A DNA stretch of 64,000 nt from Flavobacteriales bacterium (GTDB lineage Bacteria; Bacteroidota; Bacteroidia; UBA10329). Positions within the stretch are counted from its first letter, which is position 1; the number at the start of each line of letters is the position of its first letter. The notes below the pieces were generated by a model. The model was given only the letters and a program-made list of their open reading frames with translations. It did not search any database and was not told where the DNA came from. The translations under genes and the position numbers were made by a program. The DNA lies in the NCBI GenBank assembly GCA_016124845.1, contig WGMW01000055.1:3163-67162 (forward strand), given 5' to 3'. Below are positions 56,190 to 64,000 of the stretch, one piece after another.

Positions 56190-56540
56190 ATGAGAACTGA
56201 TACGAACGGAAACGGAAAAGAGAGAATTCTGATCAAGGCCAATTATCAATTGGTACCGGTCAATTTGGATGAAATTCTCTTCATCAAAGCATTGAGTGAT
56301 TATGTGATCATTAAGACCACTACAGGAAAGTACATCACGCTTTCTACTATGAAGGAGATGGTCAGTTCGCTTCCAGAGGAAGTGTTTGTACGCTCTCATC
56401 GATCATTCATTGTCAACCTGGACAAAGTTTCGGCTGTCAAAGGCAGTACGATTGAAATACGCGACAGCGACATGCGTTTCAGCGTTCCGATCGGTCGCGC
56501 ATACAAGAAGGAATTCAAAGCTTCATTGAACGCTGCATAA
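56190..56540 (+). CDS. stand-alone LytTR DNA-binding domain protein (116 aa)
   Basis: ILFIKALSDYVIIKTTTGKYITLSTMKEMVSSLPEEVFVRSHRSFIVNLDKV matches the LytTR core. There is no receiver domain. Confidence 0.82.
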   Translation: MRTDTNGNGKERILIKANYQLVPVNLDEILFIKALSDYVIIKTTTGKYITLSTMKEMVSSLPEEVFVRSHRSFIVNLDKVSAVKGSTIEIRDSDMRFSVPIGRAYKKEFKASLNAA

Positions 56541-56564
56541 GCAGTTTCATGGGTTGTAGGTTGG

Positions 56565-56601
56565 AAAGCCGCTACCGTCCTCAGACGGAGCGGCTTTTTT
56601 T
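56565..56601 (+). terminator. rho-independent terminator (also serves convergent gene)
   Basis: Stem AAAGCCGCT..CCGTC/GACGG..AGCGGCTTT, followed by T7. Confidence 0.8.
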
Positions 56602-56635
56602 GTTGATTCTATTTGGAACGGTTGTTCCCGTGTTT

Positions 56636-59173
56636 TCAATTCAACCAAAACCTAACTGGCATAGTAAACTGAACAGCGACAGGCTGACCCCGTTGGCGTC
56701 CAGGCGTGAATCCTTTAATCAGACTGATCACTCGCAATGCCTCTTGGTCGAGTGCTTGGTTTCCAGAACTGCGGACCACTTGAGGGTTGATCACAGAGCC
56801 AGTCTGATCAACTACGTAGGAAACGTAAGGAGTTCCTGAAATCCCTTTTGATTTTGCTTCTTCTGGGTAGACCGTATTCTCCGAAATGAACTGAAGCAAT
56901 GCGGCATCTCCTCCGGGATAGGTTGGCATGTCTTCGACAATTACGTAGGTGTCAGGTTCAGTTTGGAGAGGTTCTTCAACCACCATGCTTGATATGTTGG
57001 TCTCACTACACGGAAATGCCGCCTTTCTCAGCTTTTTCAAGGTAAGCTCAATTTCCCGTTGCCGTCTGAACTCATCCTTATAGCTGGCAAACAACTCTTC
57101 CCGTTGCTTCATCCATGCTTCCCGTTTCTGACGTGCTTGGGTCGCCCAGATTATCGCTTGTTTTGCCTGTTCCTCTTTCCAAGCCAAATGCCGCTTTAGC
57201 ATGCCAAAGTTTGCATTTACCCTGCGAAGGTCGTTCTTGATGTCTGCAATTGAAGCGGTGGCCATTTCGAACCGGATACTGGGATCTTGGTAAGGATCAT
57301 AGTGCTTTAACCCCCACATATATGTAGAATCAATCTTCGCGATGGCAAATACATGTGTCTTTGATGAGGTCTTTTGATTCTTGGGAAAGACTGCCCTGAA
57401 TCCGTTAGCTGTAGGAATAAGATCTGTGTAGGTGTTTATTGCTCCGAGCCATTGGGTCACTGAGGTGTTTTTGGGCCTGTTTTGAACAGTGATCTGTGTT
57501 TCGGTCGTGCCACCATCCAACAGTTTGTAATATCGGTCTATGTTGCCCCAGCCCATGTTGGCCCAAGGAATCGAATAAACGTTTCCTGTCGCGACACTCG
57601 GGTTCGGTAGTGATCTGAATAGGCTGGCATTAGCTTCCAAGCGCCCGCTTGTTCCTGTTGCCTGTTCATATAGGGCATCAAGCTCCCTCTTGTTCTTTTC
57701 TGCCAACTCAGCGGCCAATTGCCTGCGGGCTTTACTCAGTTCCCCTGTTTTCTTCACGTAATACTCGGACAGCCTTTTTTGGTAAAGTGGGGCATCCTTC
57801 ACGTTCGTCAGTTTTTCTCTCGCCCACAGTTTGAACGTTTCCTCGTATCCGTCATCAACCATTTCGGCTACAAGTGAGTCGGAGATATAAAGGTCTTTTG
57901 TGAGATGATTCAGGTAGATTTCCACCAAGGGGTTTCCGTCTTCCAGTTTATGAAGAAGCGCAATCCTTGCCTCAAATTCTTTGGTTGCTATGAAGGTTTG
58001 GCTGTATTCTTCCGTCTTGATGGCCTCAACGGTAGTGGGTCTGATTCCGCAGGCAATTTCACTTTTGGCATAATCGCGAGTTTCACCACCAGGACTCCAG
58101 CGTTTCGGTAACGTTCGTTTGTCCTCTTTTTCAACGTTTTTCAGAGAATAATAAAGGCTGTCAATAACCTCAGCAGAAGCCGTTTTGTAGTTCAAGAACG
58201 GCATATTGCCTTTTACCTCGGCCTCAAATCCAGGAGGAAGAAAGTCAAGATCAGCCAACGGAAGCCTCACCAAGTACTTTTTCAACGGGTTGGGGTCAAC
58301 CCAATTGATGTTTCCAGCCTTATCCACAACACCTTTGAAAGCCATCATTCCCATTTTCTTCTCGGTTGTTGGAATTTCGATGTAAAGTGGCCGTTTCGGG
58401 TTGATGTTGGCCACTTTCCCGTCAACCGTGGCTTCGGTATAGAACATGCCGCCCGACTCCAGCGGGGCACCATTGGAAACAGTTTTGAGCTTATAGAGCA
58501 CCATTTCCTGAATAGAAAGCGCCTCAACAAGTTTGAATTCGACCTTGCCACTCAACGGCTTTCCGTTCTCATCAACAAACGCATCCGAAGGAACGATCAC
58601 CAGCATACCGTCCTTTCCTTCAATGGTGGCTCCCTCGCCACTTCGAAATTGGAAGGTTTGAATGTCGGGTTCCGTCCAAAGCGTGTGGCCACCAAGTGTG
58701 AATGCATGTTCGGCCACTCGCTCTTCGTTTTCCGTTGTTGGTTGGCTTTCCTGTTTTTTTGATGGGAGCGACTTTACAACGGGAACAACTTCCACCAATG
58801 TTGTGTCTACTGTTTCTTCAGCTGTATCGAATACTTCCTCGTGTCCGACCAGTACGGTAGTTGCCTCTACAGGTGATTGCTTCAAGGGGGTTGATGCAGG
58901 CCAAAACAGCCACAGCAAGGCACCGATTCCGACCATGATCATACCTACAATGGCCGACTTTCCAAAACCATTCCCTCCTTTCGAATTGCGCTCGATCTTT
59001 GTCCTCAACTCATGTCGGAACACAGCCTTTCTAAGCGCGTCCATGTTCTCAGTAAGTCCTTGCAATTCCGCGTCCGTTGATAGTTCCTGTTCAAAGGCCG
59101 AACGTTCGGTCTGACTCATTTCATTGTTGAGGAATCTCTCAACGCGCTCTATGTTTTCAAGTTCGTTTCTCAT
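56636..59173 (-). CDS. anti-sigma-like N-terminus + TM + ~650-aa periplasmic region + TonB C-terminal domain (845 aa)
   Basis: It starts 3 nt after the ECF sigma stop. The N-terminal helical segment is followed by a single TM segment (AIVGMIMVGIGALLWLFW). The C-terminus YPGGDAALLQFISENTVYPEEAKSKGISGTPYVSYVVDQTGSV...FTMPVRF matches TonB_C. Confidence 0.75.
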   Translation of the reverse strand: MRNELENIERVERFLNNEMSQTERSAFEQELSTDAELQGLTENMDALRKAVFRHELRTKIERNSKGGNGFGKSAIVGMIMVGIGALLWLFWPASTPLKQSPVEATTVLVGHEEVFDTAEETVDTTLVEVVPVVKSLPSKKQESQPTTENEERVAEHAFTLGGHTLWTEPDIQTFQFRSGEGATIEGKDGMLVIVPSDAFVDENGKPLSGKVEFKLVEALSIQEMVLYKLKTVSNGAPLESGGMFYTEATVDGKVANINPKRPLYIEIPTTEKKMGMMAFKGVVDKAGNINWVDPNPLKKYLVRLPLADLDFLPPGFEAEVKGNMPFLNYKTASAEVIDSLYYSLKNVEKEDKRTLPKRWSPGGETRDYAKSEIACGIRPTTVEAIKTEEYSQTFIATKEFEARIALLHKLEDGNPLVEIYLNHLTKDLYISDSLVAEMVDDGYEETFKLWAREKLTNVKDAPLYQKRLSEYYVKKTGELSKARRQLAAELAEKNKRELDALYEQATGTSGRLEANASLFRSLPNPSVATGNVYSIPWANMGWGNIDRYYKLLDGGTTETQITVQNRPKNTSVTQWLGAINTYTDLIPTANGFRAVFPKNQKTSSKTHVFAIAKIDSTYMWGLKHYDPYQDPSIRFEMATASIADIKNDLRRVNANFGMLKRHLAWKEEQAKQAIIWATQARQKREAWMKQREELFASYKDEFRRQREIELTLKKLRKAAFPCSETNISSMVVEEPLQTEPDTYVIVEDMPTYPGGDAALLQFISENTVYPEEAKSKGISGTPYVSYVVDQTGSVINPQVVRSSGNQALDQEALRVISLIKGFTPGRQRGQPVAVQFTMPVRFWLN

Positions 59174-59176
59174 GGC

Positions 59177-59728
59177 TCAGGCGTTTTTAGGGTGGTAATT
59201 GGTGGCAAGGCGAATGGCCTGTTCCAGGCACTTGTATTTCTGTGTTTTGGCTGAGTTGACACTCGAAAAGCCCAACTCAGAAGCGATTCTCGACATCGAT
59301 TCTTTCTTCAGGTAGAAGCGCTTCAGTATTTCACGGCACCGCTCAGCAATCTCCGCAAGCACGCGCTCCATCGTTTTTATTCTGTCTTCTTTCTCATGGT
59401 CGTAGCCAAGGTCTTCATTGGTGAGAATGAGCGTGTCTGGCCACTCCAGTTCTGGATTGTTCTGCCGTTTGCGCAGTTTGTTTTTCCACAGTAATCGATT
59501 GATTCCGTAGAGGTAGGTTGTAAGTTTTGAGGACTGTTCAAATGCTGGGTCGATCACTTTTTCGATGAAGAGGATAAGCGCATCATGAAAGATTTCCCGC
59601 GCAGCGTTGCTGTCTCCACCAGAGGCTCTGATCAATGCTTCAATTTTCGGATACTCTCGGTAGAGTTGTTTTATTGGTGCATCGTGGTTTCCGTTCCGGA
59701 TCTGTTTAACTATCTCTTCGTCCTTCAT
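59177..59728 (-). CDS. ECF-type RNA polymerase sigma-70 family factor
   Basis: Sigma region 2 (FHDALILFIEKV...YLYGINRLLW) and region 4 HTH (SMSRIASELGFSSVNSAKTQKYKCL) are present. Confidence 0.85.
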   Translation of the reverse strand: MKDEEIVKQIRNGNHDAPIKQLYREYPKIEALIRASGGDSNAAREIFHDALILFIEKVIDPAFEQSSKLTTYLYGINRLLWKNKLRKRQNNPELEWPDTLILTNEDLGYDHEKEDRIKTMERVLAEIAERCREILKRFYLKKESMSRIASELGFSSVNSAKTQKYKCLEQAIRLATNYHPKNA

Positions 59729-59853
59729 GTGTCGGAGGTTTACTACTTAATGTTTGGAAAACAAAAAGGTAACCCCGTCATAGCGAGAAAATTGCGCAGT
59801 CTTTATTCTCCGACCGTTCGGATCGAAGAGAAGCACATTAAAAAGAAGGGAAA

Positions 59854-60627
59854 TCAGTACACCACAGCACTATCCAAATAAGCGGAAACGCTTGAAAGCT
59901 GAACAAGACCCAGACCTTGCTTGTAATAGTTAGTGGAAGTGTGCACGGTTCCGGTCGTGTCAGTTTTGAATGAGGTGATTTTCAAAAGGTCAGTGTAAGA
60001 ACAACCGTTTTGCGAGTTGAGATGTGCGGCAAGATCATCAATAACTATGGAGTCTGTCGATGCGGTTGTCCAATGCATTCCAGTAGTGGGGTTAGAAGGA
60101 ATATAGACCTCCTCAGCACTTAAAGACACGCTCCAACGGTAAACCTGGCCATTCTCTTCTCGGTAGTAATCATGAATGGTTCCGAACGACCCGGTTGTGA
60201 CCATATGGAAATAGTCCTTTCCATTGTTCTGCTGGGTTTGTTCCGTTATTGCCAACTGAAACCATTGGTTGCTCGGCATCTTGTATATCCAGTAGCTGTT
60301 CAGCGAAAGCGGGAAATAGGACGAACCGCCATTGCCTGTGCATATAAAATCAGGACTTAGAACGCTCGAGTCTGTGATGCAGGCATTACATGGTCCGCCA
60401 CAATCAACACCTTCTTCACCTTGGTTCTGAATACCATCAAAACAGGTTCCGCCAGAGGTATCGCATTTAACACATGGGCCACCGCAATCAACGGCCTCTT
60501 CGCCATTGTTCTTTTTCCCATCGTAACAGGTTTCTTCGCAAGAGGAAATGGCTGCTGTCAGAAAAACGAGCAGGAAGAACAGACCGATCCAATCGATGAT
60601 CCTATGTAAACGGCCTGTGCGATTCAT
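59854..60627 (-). CDS. lipoprotein with duplicated Cys-rich motif, unknown function
   Basis: Start trimmed to ATG 60627 (lipobox TAAISSCEE). It has two copies of C-x-DG-x2-N-x-GEE-x-VDCGGPC-x2-C. Confidence 0.6.
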   Translation of the reverse strand: MNRTGRLHRIIDWIGLFFLLVFLTAAISSCEETCYDGKKNNGEEAVDCGGPCVKCDTSGGTCFDGIQNQGEEGVDCGGPCNACITDSSVLSPDFICTGNGGSSYFPLSLNSYWIYKMPSNQWFQLAITEQTQQNNGKDYFHMVTTGSFGTIHDYYREENGQVYRWSVSLSAEEVYIPSNPTTGMHWTTASTDSIVIDDLAAHLNSQNGCSYTDLLKITSFKTDTTGTVHTSTNYYKQGLGLVQLSSVSAYLDSAVVY

Positions 60628-61487
60628 TATTGGAAAAGTACGTTGCCAATAGTATACAGATCGGCAACCGGGTTTACACACATGGTGGCAATCTGTGCAT
60701 CGTTGTTGATCACCTTCTCCTCATCCGGACCCAGAACGATCTCAGAAACGCTAACATCCCCATCGTCAGTAAGGATTACGATGAGGTCTGCGTTGACCTG
60801 CGAGGCATATTTGATGGTCTGTTTGGCGTGATTGCCATCTGCATGTGCTACTTTATAGTCAACGCCATTCTTTTTGAACATGTTTTCTGCCCAAGCAATG
60901 TTGTTGTTGCGGGCATTGACGAGGAATTCATCGGTTTCGTGGCTTGCGAAAAGATGCACGGTGGAACCGAAAAACTTTGCCATCGAAACAGTATGAATGA
61001 CCTTCTGCTTTGTTTCTCTACTGGCGTCAATCGGGAAAACAATGGTCTTATAACCGTGGTCGGAAACCGTCTTTTTCTGAACAATGATAACAGGAACGGG
61101 AGAGGAAGTGATAACCTTTACTGCCCAAGCACCGGTAATGTGCTGCATACCAATGACACCATGCGTTCCCATTACCAGCAGCCGTGCTCCGATCTCCTCG
61201 GCCACTTCACCAATAGTTGTGAAAATCGAACCTTCTCGAAGATGAAAATCTGCTTTCACACTATACTTTGATGCGATCTCGGCCACCTCGGCCTTCATTT
61301 TAGCATTCAGGTCATCCAATGATTCACCCGCCTTTTTCAGTTTAGATTTCGTGTCCTTGTTTACAATGTGAACAAGTCGAATCTCATCACCGGCAACAGA
61401 CGCAACTTTTGCGGCATGATTGATTGCAGTTTTAGCGGCTGCTGTAAAGTCTGTTGGAACAAGGATGATCTGATTTTTTTCTGCCAT
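60627..61487 (-). CDS. tandem universal stress protein (two UspA domains)
   Basis: ILVPTDFT...LLVMGTHG and IVFPIDAS...LIVILT form two Usp-like halves. Confidence 0.82.
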   Translation of the reverse strand: MAEKNQIILVPTDFTAAAKTAINHAAKVASVAGDEIRLVHIVNKDTKSKLKKAGESLDDLNAKMKAEVAEIASKYSVKADFHLREGSIFTTIGEVAEEIGARLLVMGTHGVIGMQHITGAWAVKVITSSPVPVIIVQKKTVSDHGYKTIVFPIDASRETKQKVIHTVSMAKFFGSTVHLFASHETDEFLVNARNNNIAWAENMFKKNGVDYKVAHADGNHAKQTIKYASQVNADLIVILTDDGDVSVSEIVLGPDEEKVINNDAQIATMCVNPVADLYTIGNVLFQ

Positions 61488-61546
61488 GATTTTGGGTTGT
61501 GTTTAAGCGGATGCTAAATTAAATCTTGTGTTGGTTCAAAACCACA

Positions 61547-62137
61547 CTATTGGTCATAACCTGCTACGATCGATCTTATTTTTTCAAGATGTTGCTGTTT
61601 TGGCTGTTGCCTGTATTTTCGGCCATACTCGGTGTGATATGAGTGTTGTTGTAAAAATCCGAGTTGAATCCGGTTCCAGGTCTCAACTGTTTCAACCACA
61701 CCAAGTGCCTGCAATTCTTTGAAAAGCGTTGATCCGATCTGTTCGAAATCGTCCCTGCCCAGGTAGTCCAGGTCGGCATCGCACAGGATTTTCGACAATT
61801 CATTCTTGGGGTCCTGTGGCACTTTAGTGGCCATGATCATTTTGCACACGGCCTCAATCTGCTCTTCTGAAAATCCAAATTCCGGCAGCACGTCCTTTGC
61901 AATTTCGCAGCCTCGTTTCTCGTGTTCTCTGTGGTCGTAAAGAAAACCGCTGTCATGATATGCAGAGGCCACCAGCAGCAGATTCAACAATTCGCCTGAA
62001 ATGCCTTCGGCTTTTGCAATGCGCTCCGTGGCCTCCATTACGTCCAAGGTATGATGATGACCATGGTACGTCAAATGTTCAGGCAGCTCCTGCTCAAGTC
62101 GGTCGAGTATATGTTGAATGGCTCCTTTGTTATCCAT
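61547..62137 (-). CDS. HD-domain phosphohydrolase
   Basis: HGHHHTLDV...AYHDSG...DADLDYLG are the HD motifs. Start trimmed to ATG 62137 because a terminator occupies 62201-62232. Confidence 0.75.
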   Translation of the reverse strand: MDNKGAIQHILDRLEQELPEHLTYHGHHHTLDVMEATERIAKAEGISGELLNLLLVASAYHDSGFLYDHREHEKRGCEIAKDVLPEFGFSEEQIEAVCKMIMATKVPQDPKNELSKILCDADLDYLGRDDFEQIGSTLFKELQALGVVETVETWNRIQLGFLQQHSYHTEYGRKYRQQPKQQHLEKIRSIVAGYDQ

Positions 62138-62200
62138 CGGATGGTTCAAGAGAGGCAAATAAGCATTTTTTCGGTTAACAGCAATGAATGTAATAGACAT

Positions 62201-62232
62201 AAAAAGAAAAGCCCTGCAAGTAGCAGGGCTTT
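62201..62232 (-). terminator. rho-independent terminator of the tail-fibre-like gene
   Basis: Stem GCCCTGC/GCAGGGC with a 5-nt loop. It is followed by TTTTCTTTTT on the minus strand. Confidence 0.8.
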
Positions 62233-62256
62233 CATCTCCGACCAGCACGAAAAGTA

Positions 62257-64000
62257 CTATTCAGACTTTCGCATTGGAACTTTTGATTCCGATTTTGCTG
62301 GAACTACTGCGTCCAGTGGGGTTACGCTCTCTTTGAGAAGGCCATTGGCTTTCGGAGAACTTGAACCAGCGTTTGAATTCATGTCGAATTCCCCTTCGAT
62401 GCTTGTGTCGTGCGTTGGAGCATCTGGTGTTGCCTCCAATCGTTCATGTATCATCTTATCGGCTGCGGGAATGAGTTTCGATTTTTCTTTGGCAGATTGA
62501 GGAACAATCAATTGATCGAGCATGTTCTGCGGTATAATTTCCGGCAGTTGCTCTTTTTGAGCAGCAGGTTTATTGTTCACTTTCGCCATGGCTATCCAAT
62601 CGAAATCCAATGGATTGGATCCGACCTTTCTCACACGGAATCCATTGGCATTTTTTTCAACGACCGCCATCTCGGCACCCAACGCATTTGGGGTTACACT
62701 GACCACGGGCACCTGACCGCTGGAAAGCTGTTCTATGAAGGAAGGGTCAAAATCAACCCATAATGACTCTCCATCTACAGTCCCACTTCCAAAGTCGCTG
62801 ATTTTGTTTTGTCCACGACCCTCTTTTAGTGCCTTGATATCTTCTCGGTTCTGTTTTACACCTACCATTGACATGGAGGCCAATGCATAGTTGTCAATGC
62901 CACCGAATTCGTTATCCTGTAGATAATCTGGTGTTTCATCCAAAATGAAACCAAGGTGGTATTGTGGACGATAACTGGTTTCTGAGCCTTCAATCAGGTC
63001 GTCTGTTTCGGTTTTGTACTTGTACAAGGATGGTTTCATCCTGTCGATATCGGTAAGGATCAGATTCTTGATTGCTCCGTTACTTTCCACCGGGTGTATG
63101 TCGCGTTTCAAATCTCTTTGAGACATGGTAATGTGACTGGTTGCATAAACATATCTCCACCAGTTTTGAACACGCCCGATGTAGCCCCAACCGGCACTTC
63201 CAGAACGAAGGTGTGGGTCGCTTCCATAACTGTCAAACCACATATCATAACCACTTGAAGGGTTATCAAACCATACGTAATCGATAATATCGACACGGTT
63301 GTCCTCTTCGTCATAAATTGTGTTTGTCGTCAAGTTATTAACATCGTATAGATTGTTGTCCTTTATCACAAGGTCTGTGTTGGTGTTGATGTAAATGTAG
63401 TCGGTCGCATCGGGTTCGTAGAACCGGGTCCAACTGTTTCGGGCATGAAGCATGATCCAACGGTTGTTCACATCGTTATACAATCCAACATTGGTGGTTC
63501 CGTCAGACATTAGCGCGAATCGGCCGTCTATATTGTAGCCTTCCCATCCGCCTTTACCTCCGTCACTCTGTGTCTGAACCGTGCCGTAGTCACCAGAAAT
63601 TGCCCCCTGTCCAGCCCCGAATGTGTACTGATTATCATCGTAAAGCATCACAGAGTTGTCTCTGTAAACTCGTACAGCCCAATTGCCATCAGCGTCCAAA
63701 AGACCAAAGTTCACGTTATCACCGCTTGCGTACAGGTAACCTTGAAGAGCATCATTACCATCATACACTTTGATACCTCCAGCGGTAGTGTTGCCATACC
63801 TGTATCGTAGGTAACTACTGTTACCTTCATCAACAAATCTTAGGTTATCATTAAAGTGTACCTGATTGGCATAGTTGACTTCGTTATTGTTCATGTGAAT
63901 GTGTCCCCCCATGCTTAGCCTGTAAGAGTCCGTTCTTGGTGTTGTGTTGATACCGACATTGGTCGAAAGACGGATGTATCCGTTTACATCCAGATCATAG
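62257..64000 (-). CDS. tail-fibre-like protein with S74-type intramolecular chaperone domain; N-terminus beyond window
   Basis: I translated 63913-64000 in frame and found no stop (...YDLDVNGYIRLSTNVGINTTPRTDSYRLSMGGH...), so the ORF runs off the window. SQRDLKRDIHPV...LYKYK...YHLGFILDE...IDNYALASMSMVGVKQNREDIKAL matches the endosialidase or tail-fibre chaperone domain. Confidence 0.7.
   Translation of the reverse strand, partial: YDLDVNGYIRLSTNVGINTTPRTDSYRLSMGGHIHMNNNEVNYANQVHFNDNLRFVDEGNSSYLRYRYGNTTAGGIKVYDGNDALQGYLYASGDNVNFGLLDADGNWAVRVYRDNSVMLYDDNQYTFGAGQGAISGDYGTVQTQSDGGKGGWEGYNIDGRFALMSDGTTNVGLYNDVNNRWIMLHARNSWTRFYEPDATDYIYINTNTDLVIKDNNLYDVNNLTTNTIYDEEDNRVDIIDYVWFDNPSSGYDMWFDSYGSDPHLRSGSAGWGYIGRVQNWWRYVYATSHITMSQRDLKRDIHPVESNGAIKNLILTDIDRMKPSLYKYKTETDDLIEGSETSYRPQYHLGFILDETPDYLQDNEFGGIDNYALASMSMVGVKQNREDIKALKEGRGQNKISDFGSGTVDGESLWVDFDPSFIEQLSSGQVPVVSVTPNALGAEMAVVEKNANGFRVRKVGSNPLDFDWIAMAKVNNKPAAQKEQLPEIIPQNMLDQLIVPQSAKEKSKLIPAADKMIHERLEATPDAPTHDTSIEGEFDMNSNAGSSSPKANGLLKESVTPLDAVVPAKSESKVPMRKSE

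Noticed and set aside
59854-64000. The idea that the right-hand end is a prophage or contractile injection locus.
   Set aside because: Only one tail-fibre-like gene is visible. The neighbours are HD, USP, lipoprotein and sigma-factor genes. No capsid, sheath, baseplate, integrase or att-like repeats are seen in the window.

Overview
This is a 64-kb chromosomal segment from a Bacteroidota genome, probably Flavobacteriia- or Cytophagia-like, with roughly mid-range GC. I support about 60 protein genes and 2 tRNAs (CAT anticodon at 15509-15582 on the minus strand; Asn-GTT at 27477-27550 on the plus strand). I saw no rRNA, CRISPR array, transposase or integrase.

Lineage hallmarks read directly from the sequence:
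- Three proteins carry type IX secretion (T9SS) C-terminal sorting domains, and there is a GldM homologue.
- Many N-termini look like lipoprotein signal peptides.
- TAnnTTTG -7 promoter boxes sit 15-45 nt upstream of my chosen starts.
- Several intergenic regions hold stacked palindromes.

Gene content in order:
- 1-1453: an AT-rich, decayed-looking patch.
- 1454-3770: gldM-like gene plus an NlpC/P60-like lipoprotein.
- 3772-8140: selD and selU (selenouridine trait), then tex.
- 8130-12215: a 1362-aa T9SS adhesin.
- 12424-28256: housekeeping and envelope genes. These include OmpA-like, PAP2, HAD, methylmalonyl-CoA epimerase, SDR, PQQ sugar dehydrogenase, Cache-PP2C, M1 aminopeptidase, BCCP and PfkB.
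- 28351-33482: a TetR-ABC-HlyD-TolC export operon.
- 34078-38811: azurin, aldose epimerase and a REC plus 6xPAS protein.
- 39544-52827: a 13-kb same-strand block. It holds TlpA, Ppx, SixA, GlpD, a heme-c/copper-monooxygenase-like protein with a redoxin, DUF547, an sxtI/K/J-like carbamoyltransferase cassette, an AAA+/DUF4143 ATPase, GlpK, an HNH nuclease and an EEP protein.
- 52959-64000: an alpha/beta hydrolase, a 705-aa coiled-coil repeat protein, an orphan LytTR, an ECF sigma with an 845-aa anti-sigma/TonB_C protein, a Cys-rich lipoprotein, tandem USP, an HD protein, and a tail-fibre-like protein that runs off the window.

Many ORF-track N-termini begin at TTG or GTG. I trimmed these to ATG codons that yield signal peptides and/or sit just downstream of a promoter box.

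No single locus is an unambiguous novel system. The best candidates are:
- the orphan GldM and NlpC/P60 pair;
- the carbamoyltransferase-DUF5989-SxtJ cassette, which includes a 49-aa gene missing from the ORF track;
- the ABC exporter whose ATPase motifs look degenerate;
- the heme-c/PHM-like monooxygenase with its redoxin;
- the low-GC HNH gene wedged onto glpK;
- the tail-fibre-like protein with an internal S74-type chaperone domain.

All family assignments come from by-eye motif recognition and need HMM or BLAST confirmation.
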